From an uncultured Clostridium sp. (GTDB lineage Bacteria > Bacillota > Clostridia > TANB77 > CAG-508), in NCBI GenBank assembly GCA_947651825.1, contig CANTAQ010000001.1:483670-547669 (forward strand): a stretch of DNA of 64,000 bases. The letters run 5' to 3'. The position numbers and the translations under genes were made by a program. The notes under the pieces are model-generated. The model was not told where the DNA came from, did no database searches, and worked only from the letters and a program-made list of their open reading frames with translations. This document shows, in pieces, positions 20,389-30,831 of the stretch. Each line of letters opens with the position of its first letter. The stretch's first letter is position 1.

Positions 20389-22083
20389 CTATGTCTTGAT
20401 TGATTTCATTATATCTTTTAAATTCATTTGTATTGTTTCTATTCCATTAAATTTATTTATTTCTAAAGTACCTACTATATCAACCTTATCTCCTATTAAA
20501 AACTCTTCTGCCATATCTCCTATATTGAATCCAATTGCATTCAATATAAAATTTCCATCTCTTAAATTTAATTTTAAATGTTTTCCTTCTGATAGCGTTC
20601 TTATAGAATCTACTTTTAGGTTCTTATATATAAATATTGGCTGTTTATTTTGTTCTCCAAATGGTTCTAATAAATTTATCTGTTCTATAGCTTCTTTTTC
20701 AAGATCTTTTTTTGTAACTTGACTATCTATTTTTATAACTGGTTGTATTTCTTTAATATCATTTTCCTCTGCAATTTTTTCAAATTTTTGCTTAAATAAT
20801 CCAAATTGTTCTTTTGTTACAGAAAGTCCGATTGCCATCTCATGCCCACCATATTTTTCCAAAACATCTGTACAATTATTCAATGCTCCATGTAAATCGA
20901 ATCCTGGAATACTTCTTCCTGACCCCTTACCTTTTTCTCCTTCAAAACAAATTAAGATTGTTGGTTTGAAAAATTTTTCTGTCACCTTTGAAGCTACTAT
21001 TCCGATTACACCATGATGCCAATTATTTGATCCTAAAACAATTGTATTTTTTTGTATCATGTTTTCCTTTTTTATTTCATCTATAACTTCCTCATATATT
21101 TTCTTTTCTGTTTCTTGTCTTTCTAAATTATATTCATTTAGTTTCTGTGTAATATCTTTTGCTTCTTTATTATCTTCTGTTAAAAAGAGTTCTAATGCTT
21201 CCATTTGTTTTCCCATTCTTCCTGAAGCATTTATTCTTGGAGCTATTCCAAATGATATAGCTGATGAATTTATCTCTTTACTTCCTGATGCTATTATCAA
21301 TTCTCTAAGTCCTATGTTTCTTGTTTGTTTTATTAATTTTAATCCTAGTGTAGCAATTGTTCTATTTTCATCTACTAATGGAACAATATCTGATATAGTT
21401 CCAACACAAACTATATCCAAATATTTTAAATACTCTTTTGCATCTAGTTCTAGTTTTATTGAAATTGCTTGTATCAGTTTAAATACTACTCCAACTCCAG
21501 CTAAACCTCTAAATGGATATGTGTCATTTTTTCTTTTTGGATCTACGATACAATATGCATTAGGCAAAATATCTGCTTGTTCGTGATGATCTGTTATAAT
21601 TGTTTCTATTCCAAGTTGCTTTGCAAGTTCTACTTCATCTATTCCTGAAATACCGCAGTCTACTGTTATCATTAACTTATAACCATTATTTGCAATTTCC
21701 TTAATTGCCTCTTTATTTAACCCATATCCTTCATCTAATCTATTTGGTATATAAGTATCTACTTTTAGCCCTCTTTCTTCTAGAAATTTTTTTAAAACAG
21801 TTATACTTGTTATTCCATCAACATCATAATCCCCGTAAATAATAGTCTTTTCTTTTTTATTTATAGCATTTATAATCCTTTCTGTTGCTTTTTCCATATC
21901 TTTCATAAAAAATGGATTTATAAAATCATCTCTTGTTGGATTTAAAAACACTTGTATTTCTCGATTATCAGTAATCCCCCTATTAGCTAACACTTGAGCA
22001 ATTAAGCGAGAGATATTATGCTTTTTCATTATATTTTCTACTACATTTTCATCAACATCATAATATTCCCATTTTTTCTTCAT
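20389..22083 (-). CDS. recJ: Single-stranded-DNA exonuclease RecJ
   Basis: GDYDVDG, TVDCG, TDHH, GSGRS, GGH. Confidence 0.95.
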   Translation of the reverse strand: MKKKWEYYDVDENVVENIMKKHNISRLIAQVLANRGITDNREIQVFLNPTRDDFINPFFMKDMEKATERIINAINKKEKTIIYGDYDVDGITSITVLKKFLEERGLKVDTYIPNRLDEGYGLNKEAIKEIANNGYKLMITVDCGISGIDEVELAKQLGIETIITDHHEQADILPNAYCIVDPKRKNDTYPFRGLAGVGVVFKLIQAISIKLELDAKEYLKYLDIVCVGTISDIVPLVDENRTIATLGLKLIKQTRNIGLRELIIASGSKEINSSAISFGIAPRINASGRMGKQMEALELFLTEDNKEAKDITQKLNEYNLERQETEKKIYEEVIDEIKKENMIQKNTIVLGSNNWHHGVIGIVASKVTEKFFKPTILICFEGEKGKGSGRSIPGFDLHGALNNCTDVLEKYGGHEMAIGLSVTKEQFGLFKQKFEKIAEENDIKEIQPVIKIDSQVTKKDLEKEAIEQINLLEPFGEQNKQPIFIYKNLKVDSIRTLSEGKHLKLNLRDGNFILNAIGFNIGDMAEEFLIGDKVDIVGTLEINKFNGIETIQMNLKDIMKSIKT

Positions 22084-22179
22084 AAATTCACCTAATTCTT
22101 TCTCGTAATATTTTATATTATTTTTTTCAATTTTTAAAGGGTTTTTGTGAAATTTATGATATTTATTGATTTTGTTTTA

Positions 22180-22839
22180 CTATTTAGAATATTTAAAAAT
22201 CCCTGCCTTGATTTTGATTCCTTGACTTTTAAATTTTATTTCATGTTCTGTCTCTATGTTCTCCCAAAACTCTGGTTCATTTTCTAAATCTATTGTTGTT
22301 TTTATAGTATCAAATCCTACTTCTTCAAAGTATTTTAAGCTTTCCTTAAATAGTTCATCGTCATCTGTTTTAAAGTATATTTCTCCATTTTTATTTAAAA
22401 ATCTTTTATACTTTTCAAGTTGTTTCGTGTGTGTTAATCTTCTCTTCTTATGTCTTGGTTTTGGCCAAGGATTGCAAAAGTTAATGTATATTCTTTCTAT
22501 CCTGTCACTCTTGTCAAAAATTTCATCTATTTCTTCTACATCATATCTTACTAAAATTATATTATTTATTTCTTTTCCATCAAATTCTTCTAAAATTTTT
22601 CTATTTGCTACACCCAATATTACATCAACCAAATCCACCGCAACATAGTTTATATTTGGATTTTCAAGTGCTGCAGTTTTTACAAAATATCCTTTGCCAC
22701 ATCCCAATTCCAAATGAATTGGATTATCTTGTTCTTGAAAAGTCTCCTTCCATCTGCTTCTATATTCTTCCGGATTTGATATATATATTTTACTTTCATT
22801 TAATTCCTCTTTAGCCCAAGGTTTACTTCGCATTCTCAT
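22180..22839 (-). CDS. trmB: tRNA (guanine-N7)-methyltransferase
   Basis: ELGCGKG, NFCNPWPK..H.KRRLT, FKTDD. Confidence 0.93.
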   Translation of the reverse strand: MRMRSKPWAKEELNESKIYISNPEEYRSRWKETFQEQDNPIHLELGCGKGYFVKTAALENPNINYVAVDLVDVILGVANRKILEEFDGKEINNIILVRYDVEEIDEIFDKSDRIERIYINFCNPWPKPRHKKRRLTHTKQLEKYKRFLNKNGEIYFKTDDDELFKESLKYFEEVGFDTIKTTIDLENEPEFWENIETEHEIKFKSQGIKIKAGIFKYSK

Positions 22840-22960
22840 ATCTATGTTTTCTCCTTTTATTATATCATTTTATATTCCCTTAAGTACCAACATTTATTTG
22901 TCCACTTATTCACCTATTCGTATAACATCCATCAGGACGTCTTGGACATTTGATACTAGT

Positions 22961-24235
22961 TTAAATCTTATAATTGTCTTTATAATATTTTAATAAATAT
23001 GGAAGATTAGACTCACCATATTGCTCTATCGCTTTATTTACTGCATAATTTACTTCTTCAAATGTTCCAACGCATTCAAATGGTTTTATTTTTCCATATC
23101 CACATAAGCCTATAAAAGTCTCTAACAGTCCTTCTTTTTCAAATATATTTTCTCCAAAAATTTCAATTAGTTCTTCAGGTTTCAAGAAAGGACTTAATAT
23201 AATATATACAAATAAACATTTTGGGCAATTGCAACACCATTTCCATGGAATAGTTTTACTCCCTACATTGCAACTTTTAAATATTTTGTGATATTGTTTA
23301 TACTCTGAAAACATTTCTGCAATCTGTAGTTCACTATATGGTCTTAAGATACTAAAATATTCTACTCCTGCTTTTAAATATTTTTCCGCATATTCTTTAA
23401 AATCTTCCTCGAATTCTATACTTTTTGAATACTGATGATTTATATTTTCTCCCTTAACATTGCTTTCATTTGCACTTGATTCGTTTGATAAAGCAACATA
23501 TTTTTTATTTGTTAAATATGCTATTAAATATGATAAAAATGCTAGTACTGAAGAAAATGGAGTATGACCATTTAGATAACCTTCTTTGTTTAACTCTAAT
23601 AAATTTGCATCAATAGTTCTTTTAACTTCTATTATCTGATTATCGTTATATCCTGCTATTTTGCAACATTCAAGTACAGGTTCTTTTCCTCCAACAGTTA
23701 AACAATAATTATTCCTCTTTTCCTCTTTTAATTTTTCAAGTGTAACAACAGAATCTTTACCTCCTCCTACTGGGATTATATACCCTGAAAGTATATCTGT
23801 ACTAGGTATTTCAGGAACTATAGACTCCACCTCTTTATTGGTTACGAAATTAACAAATTTTTCTTGTTCAATATGTATGTTATTTATATATCTAAATTCT
23901 CCTGTACCATTATAATATAATTTCTTAAACCATTGTTTTTGCTCTCCATTTAAATTGCCACATTCAATAATTACATTTTCTGAACAAACACATTTCCAAT
24001 AACTAATAACCTCTATCATTCCAAGATTAAACACAATATTTCTTATATACTCATTATCTATTGATTTATATTTTATATTCTTTTTCATTATTTGTATATT
24101 CGGTTCAAACTTGGTCAAACCTGGAATTTCAAAATAATATGTAATATTTATACTTTCTTTATCTTCTGTTATCTTAAAATCCTTATAAATAAATTTTTTA
24201 TACTTTTGTCTTAAGCTTTCAAAATTCATTTCCAA
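22961..24235 (-). CDS. murL: MurL-like UDP-MurNAc-L-Ala-L-Glu epimerase (PP-loop)
   Basis: GGGKDS PP-loop, SNE.SA, NHQYSKS, WC..CPKC and KPFECVG motifs. Confidence 0.65.
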   Translation of the reverse strand: MEMNFESLRQKYKKFIYKDFKITEDKESINITYYFEIPGLTKFEPNIQIMKKNIKYKSIDNEYIRNIVFNLGMIEVISYWKCVCSENVIIECGNLNGEQKQWFKKLYYNGTGEFRYINNIHIEQEKFVNFVTNKEVESIVPEIPSTDILSGYIIPVGGGKDSVVTLEKLKEEKRNNYCLTVGGKEPVLECCKIAGYNDNQIIEVKRTIDANLLELNKEGYLNGHTPFSSVLAFLSYLIAYLTNKKYVALSNESSANESNVKGENINHQYSKSIEFEEDFKEYAEKYLKAGVEYFSILRPYSELQIAEMFSEYKQYHKIFKSCNVGSKTIPWKWCCNCPKCLFVYIILSPFLKPEELIEIFGENIFEKEGLLETFIGLCGYGKIKPFECVGTFEEVNYAVNKAIEQYGESNLPYLLKYYKDNYKI

Positions 24236-24409
24236 ACCTCCACTTTTTGATTTTTTTTATAGCACTTTTTTCTATTTTATTATTTTTGCAAGCTCCTTAT
24301 ATGTTGATATTTAAATTTTTAAATAATGGTGTCAAAATTTTAAATATCGAATATTCAGAAAAATGGAATGCACTTATAATTCTGCCATACATTATAGCAT
24401 TATAGAACA

Positions 24410-24438
24410 ATAGGCGACCTATTAAATTGGTCGCCTAT
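24410..24438 (-). terminator. Terminator after divIVA
   Basis: ATAGGCGACC...GGTCGCCTAT. Confidence 0.75.
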
Positions 24439-24448
24439 ATATTATATA

Positions 24449-24898
24449 CTATTCTTCTGTTATATCTTTTATTAATTCTAATTGTGATATTAGTAAAGAT
24501 TCCATCTTTGCTTTATATACTTCAAACTTTTTCTTTACTTCTGCTAACTCTTTTTCTTTTAGCATTATCTCATTTTCTATACCTGCTGTTTTCTCTTTTG
24601 CTGTTAATTCAGCATCTTTTATTATCTGTTCTGCTTGTTTTTCTGCTGTTTTCTTAACTTCATCTGCTGTTTTTTGTGCTATTACTAATGTATTTTGGAG
24701 TGTTGATTCTATGTCTTTATATTGACCAACATCATTGTGTAATTCCTCTGCATTTTTCTTTAGTTCTATGTTTTCTTTATACAGTTTTTCATAGTCAATC
24801 ATTAGTTCATCTAGAAATTCATCTACTTCTTCTACGTTGTAACCATTTACCATTTGTTTATAAAATTTCTTATTTTCTATGTCTAATGGTGTTATCAT
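24449..24898 (-). CDS. divIVA: DivIVA domain protein
   Basis: MITPLDIENKKF....NGY...EVDEFLD followed by coiled coil. Confidence 0.93.
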   Translation of the reverse strand: MITPLDIENKKFYKQMVNGYNVEEVDEFLDELMIDYEKLYKENIELKKNAEELHNDVGQYKDIESTLQNTLVIAQKTADEVKKTAEKQAEQIIKDAELTAKEKTAGIENEIMLKEKELAEVKKKFEVYKAKMESLLISQLELIKDITEE

Positions 24899-24941
24899 AA
24901 ATCTTCCTCCTATTCTATATATGCAATTTATTTCTTTAATG

Positions 24942-25406
24942 TTATTTTAGCCAAGATACAGATAATTTATTTTTTAATTCTTCTCTTGCAAGTTCACTTG
25001 ATATATCATAATTTGCTGGTGCAACTAGAAATATTGAATTAGAAACTTTTTGGATATATCCATCTAATGCATGAACAGCTCCGCTCAAGAAGTCTACTAT
25101 TCTTCTAGCAACATCTTTATTAACATATTCTAAGTTAACTATTATAGATTTTCTTTCTTTTAAATAGTTACAGATTTCTTCTGATTGATCAAAGCTTGTT
25201 GGTTGTGTTATAACCATTTTTACTGATTGAGGTTGAGGCATGCTAACGATTTTATTTTTTCTTCCAAAAAATCCTTTATCTTCAACTTCTATTTCATCAT
25301 CTTCTTCTCTATCAGAAGTATATTCGTATACATCATCCTCTTCTTCTTCATTTTCATTTCCTAATCCTAAAGCATCTAACATTTTACTAACTATTGCTAC
25401 AGCCAT
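24942..25406 (-). CDS. sepF: Cell division protein SepF
   Basis: 'P.SFD....I...LK....IIVNL', 'ARRIVDFLSGAV.AL.G...KVS..IFL.AP'. Confidence 0.93.
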   Translation of the reverse strand: MAVAIVSKMLDALGLGNENEEEEDDVYEYTSDREEDDEIEVEDKGFFGRKNKIVSMPQPQSVKMVITQPTSFDQSEEICNYLKERKSIIVNLEYVNKDVARRIVDFLSGAVHALDGYIQKVSNSIFLVAPANYDISSELAREELKNKLSVSWLK

Positions 25407-25498
25407 TTTTACACCCTCCTATATTTTCCTTGGTAATCTTTTCATAATAATATTATATATACCGCATTTTTTGATGTTTTGTCAATAGTTTTTCTGTT

Positions 25499-25526
25499 TG
25501 TAATTAAAATGTAATATTTGTGTAAT
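25499..25526. promoter_or_regulatory. Triple direct repeat TGTAAT-N5, WalR/OmpR-type operator
   Basis: TGTAAT-taaaa-TGTAAT-atttg-TGTAAT just upstream of the TTGACA of the sepF promoter. Confidence 0.6.
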
Positions 25527-25541
25527 ATTTTAGAAACAGAA

Positions 25542-28139
25542 TTATTCTCCATAATATGCTTTTTTATATAATTCTTTTATTTCTTCGACAGTTGGATATT
25601 TTGGATTTGCACCTGTACATTGATCATCATGTGCATGTTCTGCTAAGGCATCTAAATTTGACATAAATACATTTTCATCAATTCCACATTCTTTTATTGA
25701 CATTGGCATATTTAAGTCTCTCATCAATTGCTTAATTGCATTTATCAAATTATCTATTGACTGTTCTTTATTTTCTCCTCCTAAACCTGCAACTTTTGCA
25801 AGTTTTGCATACTTTTCATCTGCCACAAATTTTTCATATTTAGGGAATATTGTAAATTTATTTGGTAACTCACTGTTATATTTTATTACATATGGCAATA
25901 ATATAGCATTTGCTCTACCATGAGCAATATGATATTCCCCTCCTAATTTATGTGCCATACTATGGTTTAACCCTAAGAAAGCATTTGTAAATGCCATACC
26001 AGCAATACAGCTTGCATTATGCATTTTTTCTCTTGCTTCTTCATCTTCTGCACCATTTTCATAAGCTCTTTTTAAATATGTGAACACTAAATCTACTGCT
26101 TGCATTGCTAATCCATCTGTATAATCACTTGCCATTACTGAAACATATGCCTCTATCGCATGTGTTAAAACATCAAGACCTGTATCTGCTGTAGCTGTTT
26201 TTGGTAAGCTTAATACGAATTGTGGATCTATTATTGCAACATCTGGTTTTAGTGCATAATCTGTTAATGGATATTTGATATTTCCATTTTTTCTATCTGT
26301 TATAACTGCAAATGCTGTTACTTCACTTCCTGTTCCTGATGTTGTAGGTATTGCAACAAATTTTGCTTTTTGCCCTAAATTAGGAAACTTAACAACCCTT
26401 TTTCTTATATCCATAAATTTTTGTTTTAATCCATCAAAACTGCTTTCTGGATGTTCATAAAATAGCCACATTCCTTTTGCTGCGTCAATAGCTGACCCTC
26501 CTCCTATTGCAATTATTACATCAGGGTTAAATTCTCTCATTTCTTCTACACCCTTCATAATAGTTTCTACATCTGGATCTGGTTCAACATCTGAATATAT
26601 TTTTGAATGGCAATATTGCTCTCTTTTTCTTAAGTAATATAATACCTTATCAACATATCCTAATTTCATCATAGTTGGGTCTGTTACTATAAATGCTCTT
26701 GTTATATCTCCCATATTTTCTAAATATTGTACTGAATTTTTTTCAAAGTAGATTTTTGGTGGAACTTTAAACCATTGCATATTAACTCTCCTTTTTGCTA
26801 TTTTTTTCTTATTTATTAGGTTAACTGTTGATACATTTGAAGTTGTACTATTTTTTCCATAAGAGCCACAACCTAGTGTTAATGATGGAGTATTTGTATT
26901 ATAGATATCTCCTATTGCACCTTGTGATGATGGTGAGTTCACAATTATTCTTCCTACCTTCATTTCTGTTCCAAATCGTTCTATTATCGCTTCATCTTGA
27001 CTGTGTATTATTGCTGAGTGTCCTAATCCTCCAAGTTCTAACATTTTTCTACATTTTTCAAATCCTTCATCAGTACTATTTACAACATAATATGCAAGTA
27101 CTGGTGATAATTTTTCTTTTGATAGTGGATAATCTGCTCCTACATCCTGTAATCTTGCAATTAAAATTTTTGTTCCTTCTGGAACTTGAACTCCTGCATT
27201 TTGAGCAATCCATGCTGCTGGTTTTCCTACGACTTCAGCATTTACTGAACCTTTTTCTTTATTTATTACATAATCAGAAACTTTCCATATTTCTTCTTCA
27301 TTTAAGAAATAGCAATTATTCTTTTTCATATAATCTTCAAATTGGCCTGCAACTTCTGAGTCTACTATAACAGCTTGTTCAGATGCACAAATCATCCCAT
27401 TATCAAATGTTTTTGATAGCATTAAATCTGTACATGCTCTTTCTACTTTTGCTGTTTTTTCAATATAGCAAGGAGCATTACCTGGTCCAACACCTAATGC
27501 TGGTTTACCACAACTATATGCAGATTTAACCATTCCTGCACCACCTGTTGCTAAAATTAATGAAACTTTTGGATGATTCATTAATGCTGTTGTAGCTTCT
27601 ATAGAAGGGAATTCAACCCATTGTATACAATCTTCTGGAGCACCTGCTTTTACAGCTGCTTCTCTTAAAATTTCTGCTGTTCTTTTTGAACATTGTTGTG
27701 CTGATGGGTGAAAACCAAATATAATTGGGTTTCTTGTTTTAGCACAGATTAAAGATTTAAACATTGTTGTTGATGTAGGATTTGTAACTGGCGTTACACC
27801 TGCAACTATTCCTACAGGTTCTGCAATTTCTACATATCCTTCTAATTCGTTTTCTTCTATAACTCCTACTGTTTTTTCATTTTCTATAGAGTGCCATATA
27901 TATTCTGTTGCAAACATATTTTTAATTATCTTATCTTCGTAAACTCCTCTTCCTGTTTCTTCAATTGCTTGTTTTGCTAATTCTCTATGATGTTCTAATC
28001 CTGCAACAGACATAGCTTTTACAATTCTATCAATATCTTCTTGGTTTAATTTCATATATTCATATAAAGCCTTATCTGCCTTTTCTACTAAATTATTTAT
28101 CATACCTCCAATGTCGTTTTCATTTTCCATTTTTATCAT
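25542..28139 (-). CDS. adhE: Bifunctional acetaldehyde-CoA/alcohol dehydrogenase
   Basis: ALDH half (TNPTST, GMICASEQ), linker GCGSYG, Fe-ADH half (GGGS, PTTSGTGSE, H.MAH). Confidence 0.97.
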   Translation of the reverse strand: MIKMENENDIGGMINNLVEKADKALYEYMKLNQEDIDRIVKAMSVAGLEHHRELAKQAIEETGRGVYEDKIIKNMFATEYIWHSIENEKTVGVIEENELEGYVEIAEPVGIVAGVTPVTNPTSTTMFKSLICAKTRNPIIFGFHPSAQQCSKRTAEILREAAVKAGAPEDCIQWVEFPSIEATTALMNHPKVSLILATGGAGMVKSAYSCGKPALGVGPGNAPCYIEKTAKVERACTDLMLSKTFDNGMICASEQAVIVDSEVAGQFEDYMKKNNCYFLNEEEIWKVSDYVINKEKGSVNAEVVGKPAAWIAQNAGVQVPEGTKILIARLQDVGADYPLSKEKLSPVLAYYVVNSTDEGFEKCRKMLELGGLGHSAIIHSQDEAIIERFGTEMKVGRIIVNSPSSQGAIGDIYNTNTPSLTLGCGSYGKNSTTSNVSTVNLINKKKIAKRRVNMQWFKVPPKIYFEKNSVQYLENMGDITRAFIVTDPTMMKLGYVDKVLYYLRKREQYCHSKIYSDVEPDPDVETIMKGVEEMREFNPDVIIAIGGGSAIDAAKGMWLFYEHPESSFDGLKQKFMDIRKRVVKFPNLGQKAKFVAIPTTSGTGSEVTAFAVITDRKNGNIKYPLTDYALKPDVAIIDPQFVLSLPKTATADTGLDVLTHAIEAYVSVMASDYTDGLAMQAVDLVFTYLKRAYENGAEDEEAREKMHNASCIAGMAFTNAFLGLNHSMAHKLGGEYHIAHGRANAILLPYVIKYNSELPNKFTIFPKYEKFVADEKYAKLAKVAGLGGENKEQSIDNLINAIKQLMRDLNMPMSIKECGIDENVFMSNLDALAEHAHDDQCTGANPKYPTVEEIKELYKKAYYGE

Positions 28140-28502
28140 TCCCTTCTCTTGTATTCTTTGTAGTCAGAGCCATTATAAATGTCTCTTTTATCCTTATGTA
28201 AAATAATCTCATTTTGCTCATAAATATCTTACTATTAGTTTCCAAATTTTTCAATAGCTTTTTATAATTTTTCTCATTTTAATCTGTTAAATCTCCTTGT
28301 GTTTTAAAACCTTATTCTAATAATATTATATAATTTTGCATGATTATTAGTTTTATAAAAACTGATTAAAAAAATCTTTTCATTTAACATTTTGTAAGGT
28401 TACTCCGTTTTCTTACATAATACAATTATTTCCTAAAAGTATAAATTTATAAGTATACCAATGAAAAATTGAAAATTATTAGTATATATGCTATAATTAT
28501 TA

Positions 28503-29366
28503 ATGGAGGGCAAAAAAATGATAAAACTAGTTGCTAGTGATTTAGATGGAACTATAATAGATAAAAATAATTCTATAGTACCTAATAATTTTCAAGCATT
28601 CGATGATTTACACAAGCACAATATGAATTTTGTTGTTTGTACTGGAAAAACATATCCAATTACCAAAAAAATGTGTTCTGAAATCAATGCTAAGTTTGGA
28701 ATATTTGGTAACGGAAATCTAATCATGGATTTAGAAAATAAAAAGGTTTTGTATAAAAAACTTTTATCAACTTCTGAAGTTCTTTCTTGTATTGATGTTG
28801 CTCAAAAATATAATATGCATATTCATATCTATACAGAAACTGAAGTTATTACTGAGCAATTAAAATATTTAGATTTAAGAAACCATAACTTGCAAACTTC
28901 AGATGACTCTGCTTTATCCTTTAAAATAGTTGACAACATTCGTGATTATGTTGAATTAAACAATCCTGAAATTTTCAAATTAGTAATATCAGATGACTTT
29001 TCAACAAAACTTATCAAGCAAGAACTTGAAAGTAAATTAGACCTATCTATTACTACAATAAGAAAATTTGGTGACTATAAAGATTTTATTATAGATAAAG
29101 AATATGAGTATTTAGATATAACTTCTAAAAATACTAATAAACAGATTGCTCTAGAATTTCTAGGAAACTACCTAAATGTTAAAACTGATGAAATGCTTAC
29201 TATTGGAGATAATTTAAATGACTTTGATATGATACAAAAAGCTGGAATTGGTGTAGCAGTTGCTAATGCCTATGATGAGCTAAAACAAGTAGCTAAATAT
29301 ACAACTATCAATTCAGTAGATAAAGGTGGCTTTGCTGAAGCTGTTTACAAATTTGTTAAATTTTAA
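28503..29366 (+). CDS. Cof-type HAD-IIB hydrolase
   Basis: DLDGT, CTGK, GDNLND motifs. Confidence 0.9.
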   Translation: MEGKKMIKLVASDLDGTIIDKNNSIVPNNFQAFDDLHKHNMNFVVCTGKTYPITKKMCSEINAKFGIFGNGNLIMDLENKKVLYKKLLSTSEVLSCIDVAQKYNMHIHIYTETEVITEQLKYLDLRNHNLQTSDDSALSFKIVDNIRDYVELNNPEIFKLVISDDFSTKLIKQELESKLDLSITTIRKFGDYKDFIIDKEYEYLDITSKNTNKQIALEFLGNYLNVKTDEMLTIGDNLNDFDMIQKAGIGVAVANAYDELKQVAKYTTINSVDKGGFAEAVYKFVKF

Positions 29367-29398
29367 GAGGTTTGATTACATTTAAGAATCAAACCTCT
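29366..29398. terminator. Bidirectional terminator
   Basis: AGAGGTTTGATT...AATCAAACCTCT. Confidence 0.75.
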
Positions 29399-29403
29399 CT
29401 TTT

Positions 29404-29538
29404 TTATCCCCATATTTGGTTTTTTATTTTTCTATATTGCTTCATTATTCTTTTTTTATTTAACATTCCTTCTGAATACAACATCCATGCAGCTGCTGTA
29501 GCTGCTGTTCCAATAACAATACCTTTTACAAACTTCAT
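29404..29538 (-). CDS. Small 44-aa membrane protein (YtxH-like N-terminus), absent from the ORF track
   Basis: MKFVKGIVIGTAATAAAWMLYSEGMLNKKRIMKQYRKIKNQIWG; AAAGGAA RBS. Confidence 0.65.
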   Translation of the reverse strand: MKFVKGIVIGTAATAAAWMLYSEGMLNKKRIMKQYRKIKNQIWG

Positions 29539-29574
29539 TCTTATTCTCATTCCTTTCTTATATTTTGTATTTTA

Positions 29575-29952
29575 TTATTCCTTTTTTGTAAATAATTTAT
29601 ACTCTTTTATTAATGAATAAATTTCATATATTGCTATTATTGCTAAAAATCCACCAAAACATTTCTTTAAAATTTCTACTTTCATTCTTGTTGATATTGA
29701 TGCTCCTATAAAAGCACCCAATGTTCCTGTAATTGCTATTGTTATACCTATTTTCCATTCTATTAATTTTTCTCTTATAGCAACAATTATTGCTGTAATT
29801 GAAGTTGGAACAAAAAATATTAAATTAGTAGCTTGTGCAGTATGTTGTTCTATTCCTAAAAATACTGAAAGCACTAATATTAGTATAGTTCCTCCTCCCA
29901 TTCCTGTCCCACTAACAATTCCAGATACGAATCCTGTTATCATTTCCCACAT
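29575..29952 (-). CDS. TSUP (TauE/SafE) family half-transporter
   Basis: SG.GMGGGTIL, AQATNL. Confidence 0.85.
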   Translation of the reverse strand: MWEMITGFVSGIVSGTGMGGGTILILVLSVFLGIEQHTAQATNLIFFVPTSITAIIVAIREKLIEWKIGITIAITGTLGAFIGASISTRMKVEILKKCFGGFLAIIAIYEIYSLIKEYKLFTKKE

Positions 29953-29966
29953 TTATTTACCTCTTC

Positions 29967-30359
29967 CTACATAACTAATCTTATTGATGTATATATTAAA
30001 AATATTATAAATAATATTCTTAATATCTTACTTGAAAGTCTTTTTAATAGCTTCGCTCCTATAAAACCCCCTATAATTCCTCCTATTGCACATTTTATCC
30101 CTATATTCCAGTCCATATAATTATTTTTATAATAAAAAAATCCACTTGTTATAACCATTGGTAATATTGCAAAAACAGATGTTGCTCTCGCTTTTGCATC
30201 TTCTAGATTAAAAATGTGTATAAGTGCTGGAACTACTATCATTCCTCCTCCTGCTGCAAATAACCCACTTATTATTCCAGCAATTATACCTATAAAAATT
30301 CTCTTTGAAACTTCTATTTTCTTTCTTAATTTTTTCTTACTTATTATTATATATTCCAT
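29967..30359 (-). CDS. TSUP (TauE/SafE) family half-transporter
   Basis: GLFAAGGGMIVVP, ARATS. Confidence 0.85.
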   Translation of the reverse strand: MEYIIISKKKLRKKIEVSKRIFIGIIAGIISGLFAAGGGMIVVPALIHIFNLEDAKARATSVFAILPMVITSGFFYYKNNYMDWNIGIKCAIGGIIGGFIGAKLLKRLSSKILRILFIIFLIYTSIRLVM

Positions 30360-30537
30360 ATTTATATTATTATATTTATAAAAATATTTATACTTTTATT
30401 TTATCTTCGTCTATCTTTGTTTTACTGCTAGGCAACTTTTAATTACTTTTACAGTTATATTAAATTGATATTATGTAATTTTGAAATTAAAAATGATAAA
30501 ATACAAAAAAAATACTTATTAGAAGGGAGTTTTACTT

Positions 30538-30750
30538 ATGATTAAAATTAAACTTTCTGATTTGTTAGGAAAACATAAAATGACACAAAAAGCTTTAGCA
30601 GATATGACTCATATTCGCCCTGCTACTGTTTCAAAAATGTATTATGAAGAAGTTAAAAGAGTCGATATAAAACAATTAAATAATATCTGTAAAGCATTTA
30701 ACTGTGAAATTTCTGAACTTTTGGAATTTATCCCAGATGAAAAAGAATAA
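30538..30750 (+). CDS. Cro/C1 (Xre) HTH regulator
   Basis: 'MTQKALA..T.IRP.TVS......L..IC..F.C.I.ELLE'. Confidence 0.9.
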   Translation: MIKIKLSDLLGKHKMTQKALADMTHIRPATVSKMYYEEVKRVDIKQLNNICKAFNCEISELLEFIPDEKE

Positions 30751-30755
30751 AGAAA

Positions 30756-30801
30756 TCTGGAGTATCCAAATGCAATATCAATTACATTTGGATACTCCAG
30801 A
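30756..30801. terminator. Bidirectional terminator
   Basis: TCTGGAGTATCCAAATG...CATTTGGATACTCCAGA. Confidence 0.8.
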
Positions 30802-30831
30802 ATTTTATTTTTATAAAATATGTTTATTCTC

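Noticed and set aside
28141-28500. Rex operator upstream of adhE
   Set aside because: No convincing TTGTTAA-N4-TTAACAA palindrome found.
29575-30359. Two half-length TSUP genes as a third frameshifted gene
   Set aside because: Each has its own start and stop, they do not overlap, there is no CGG at the junction, and paired half-TSUP genes are common in Clostridia.
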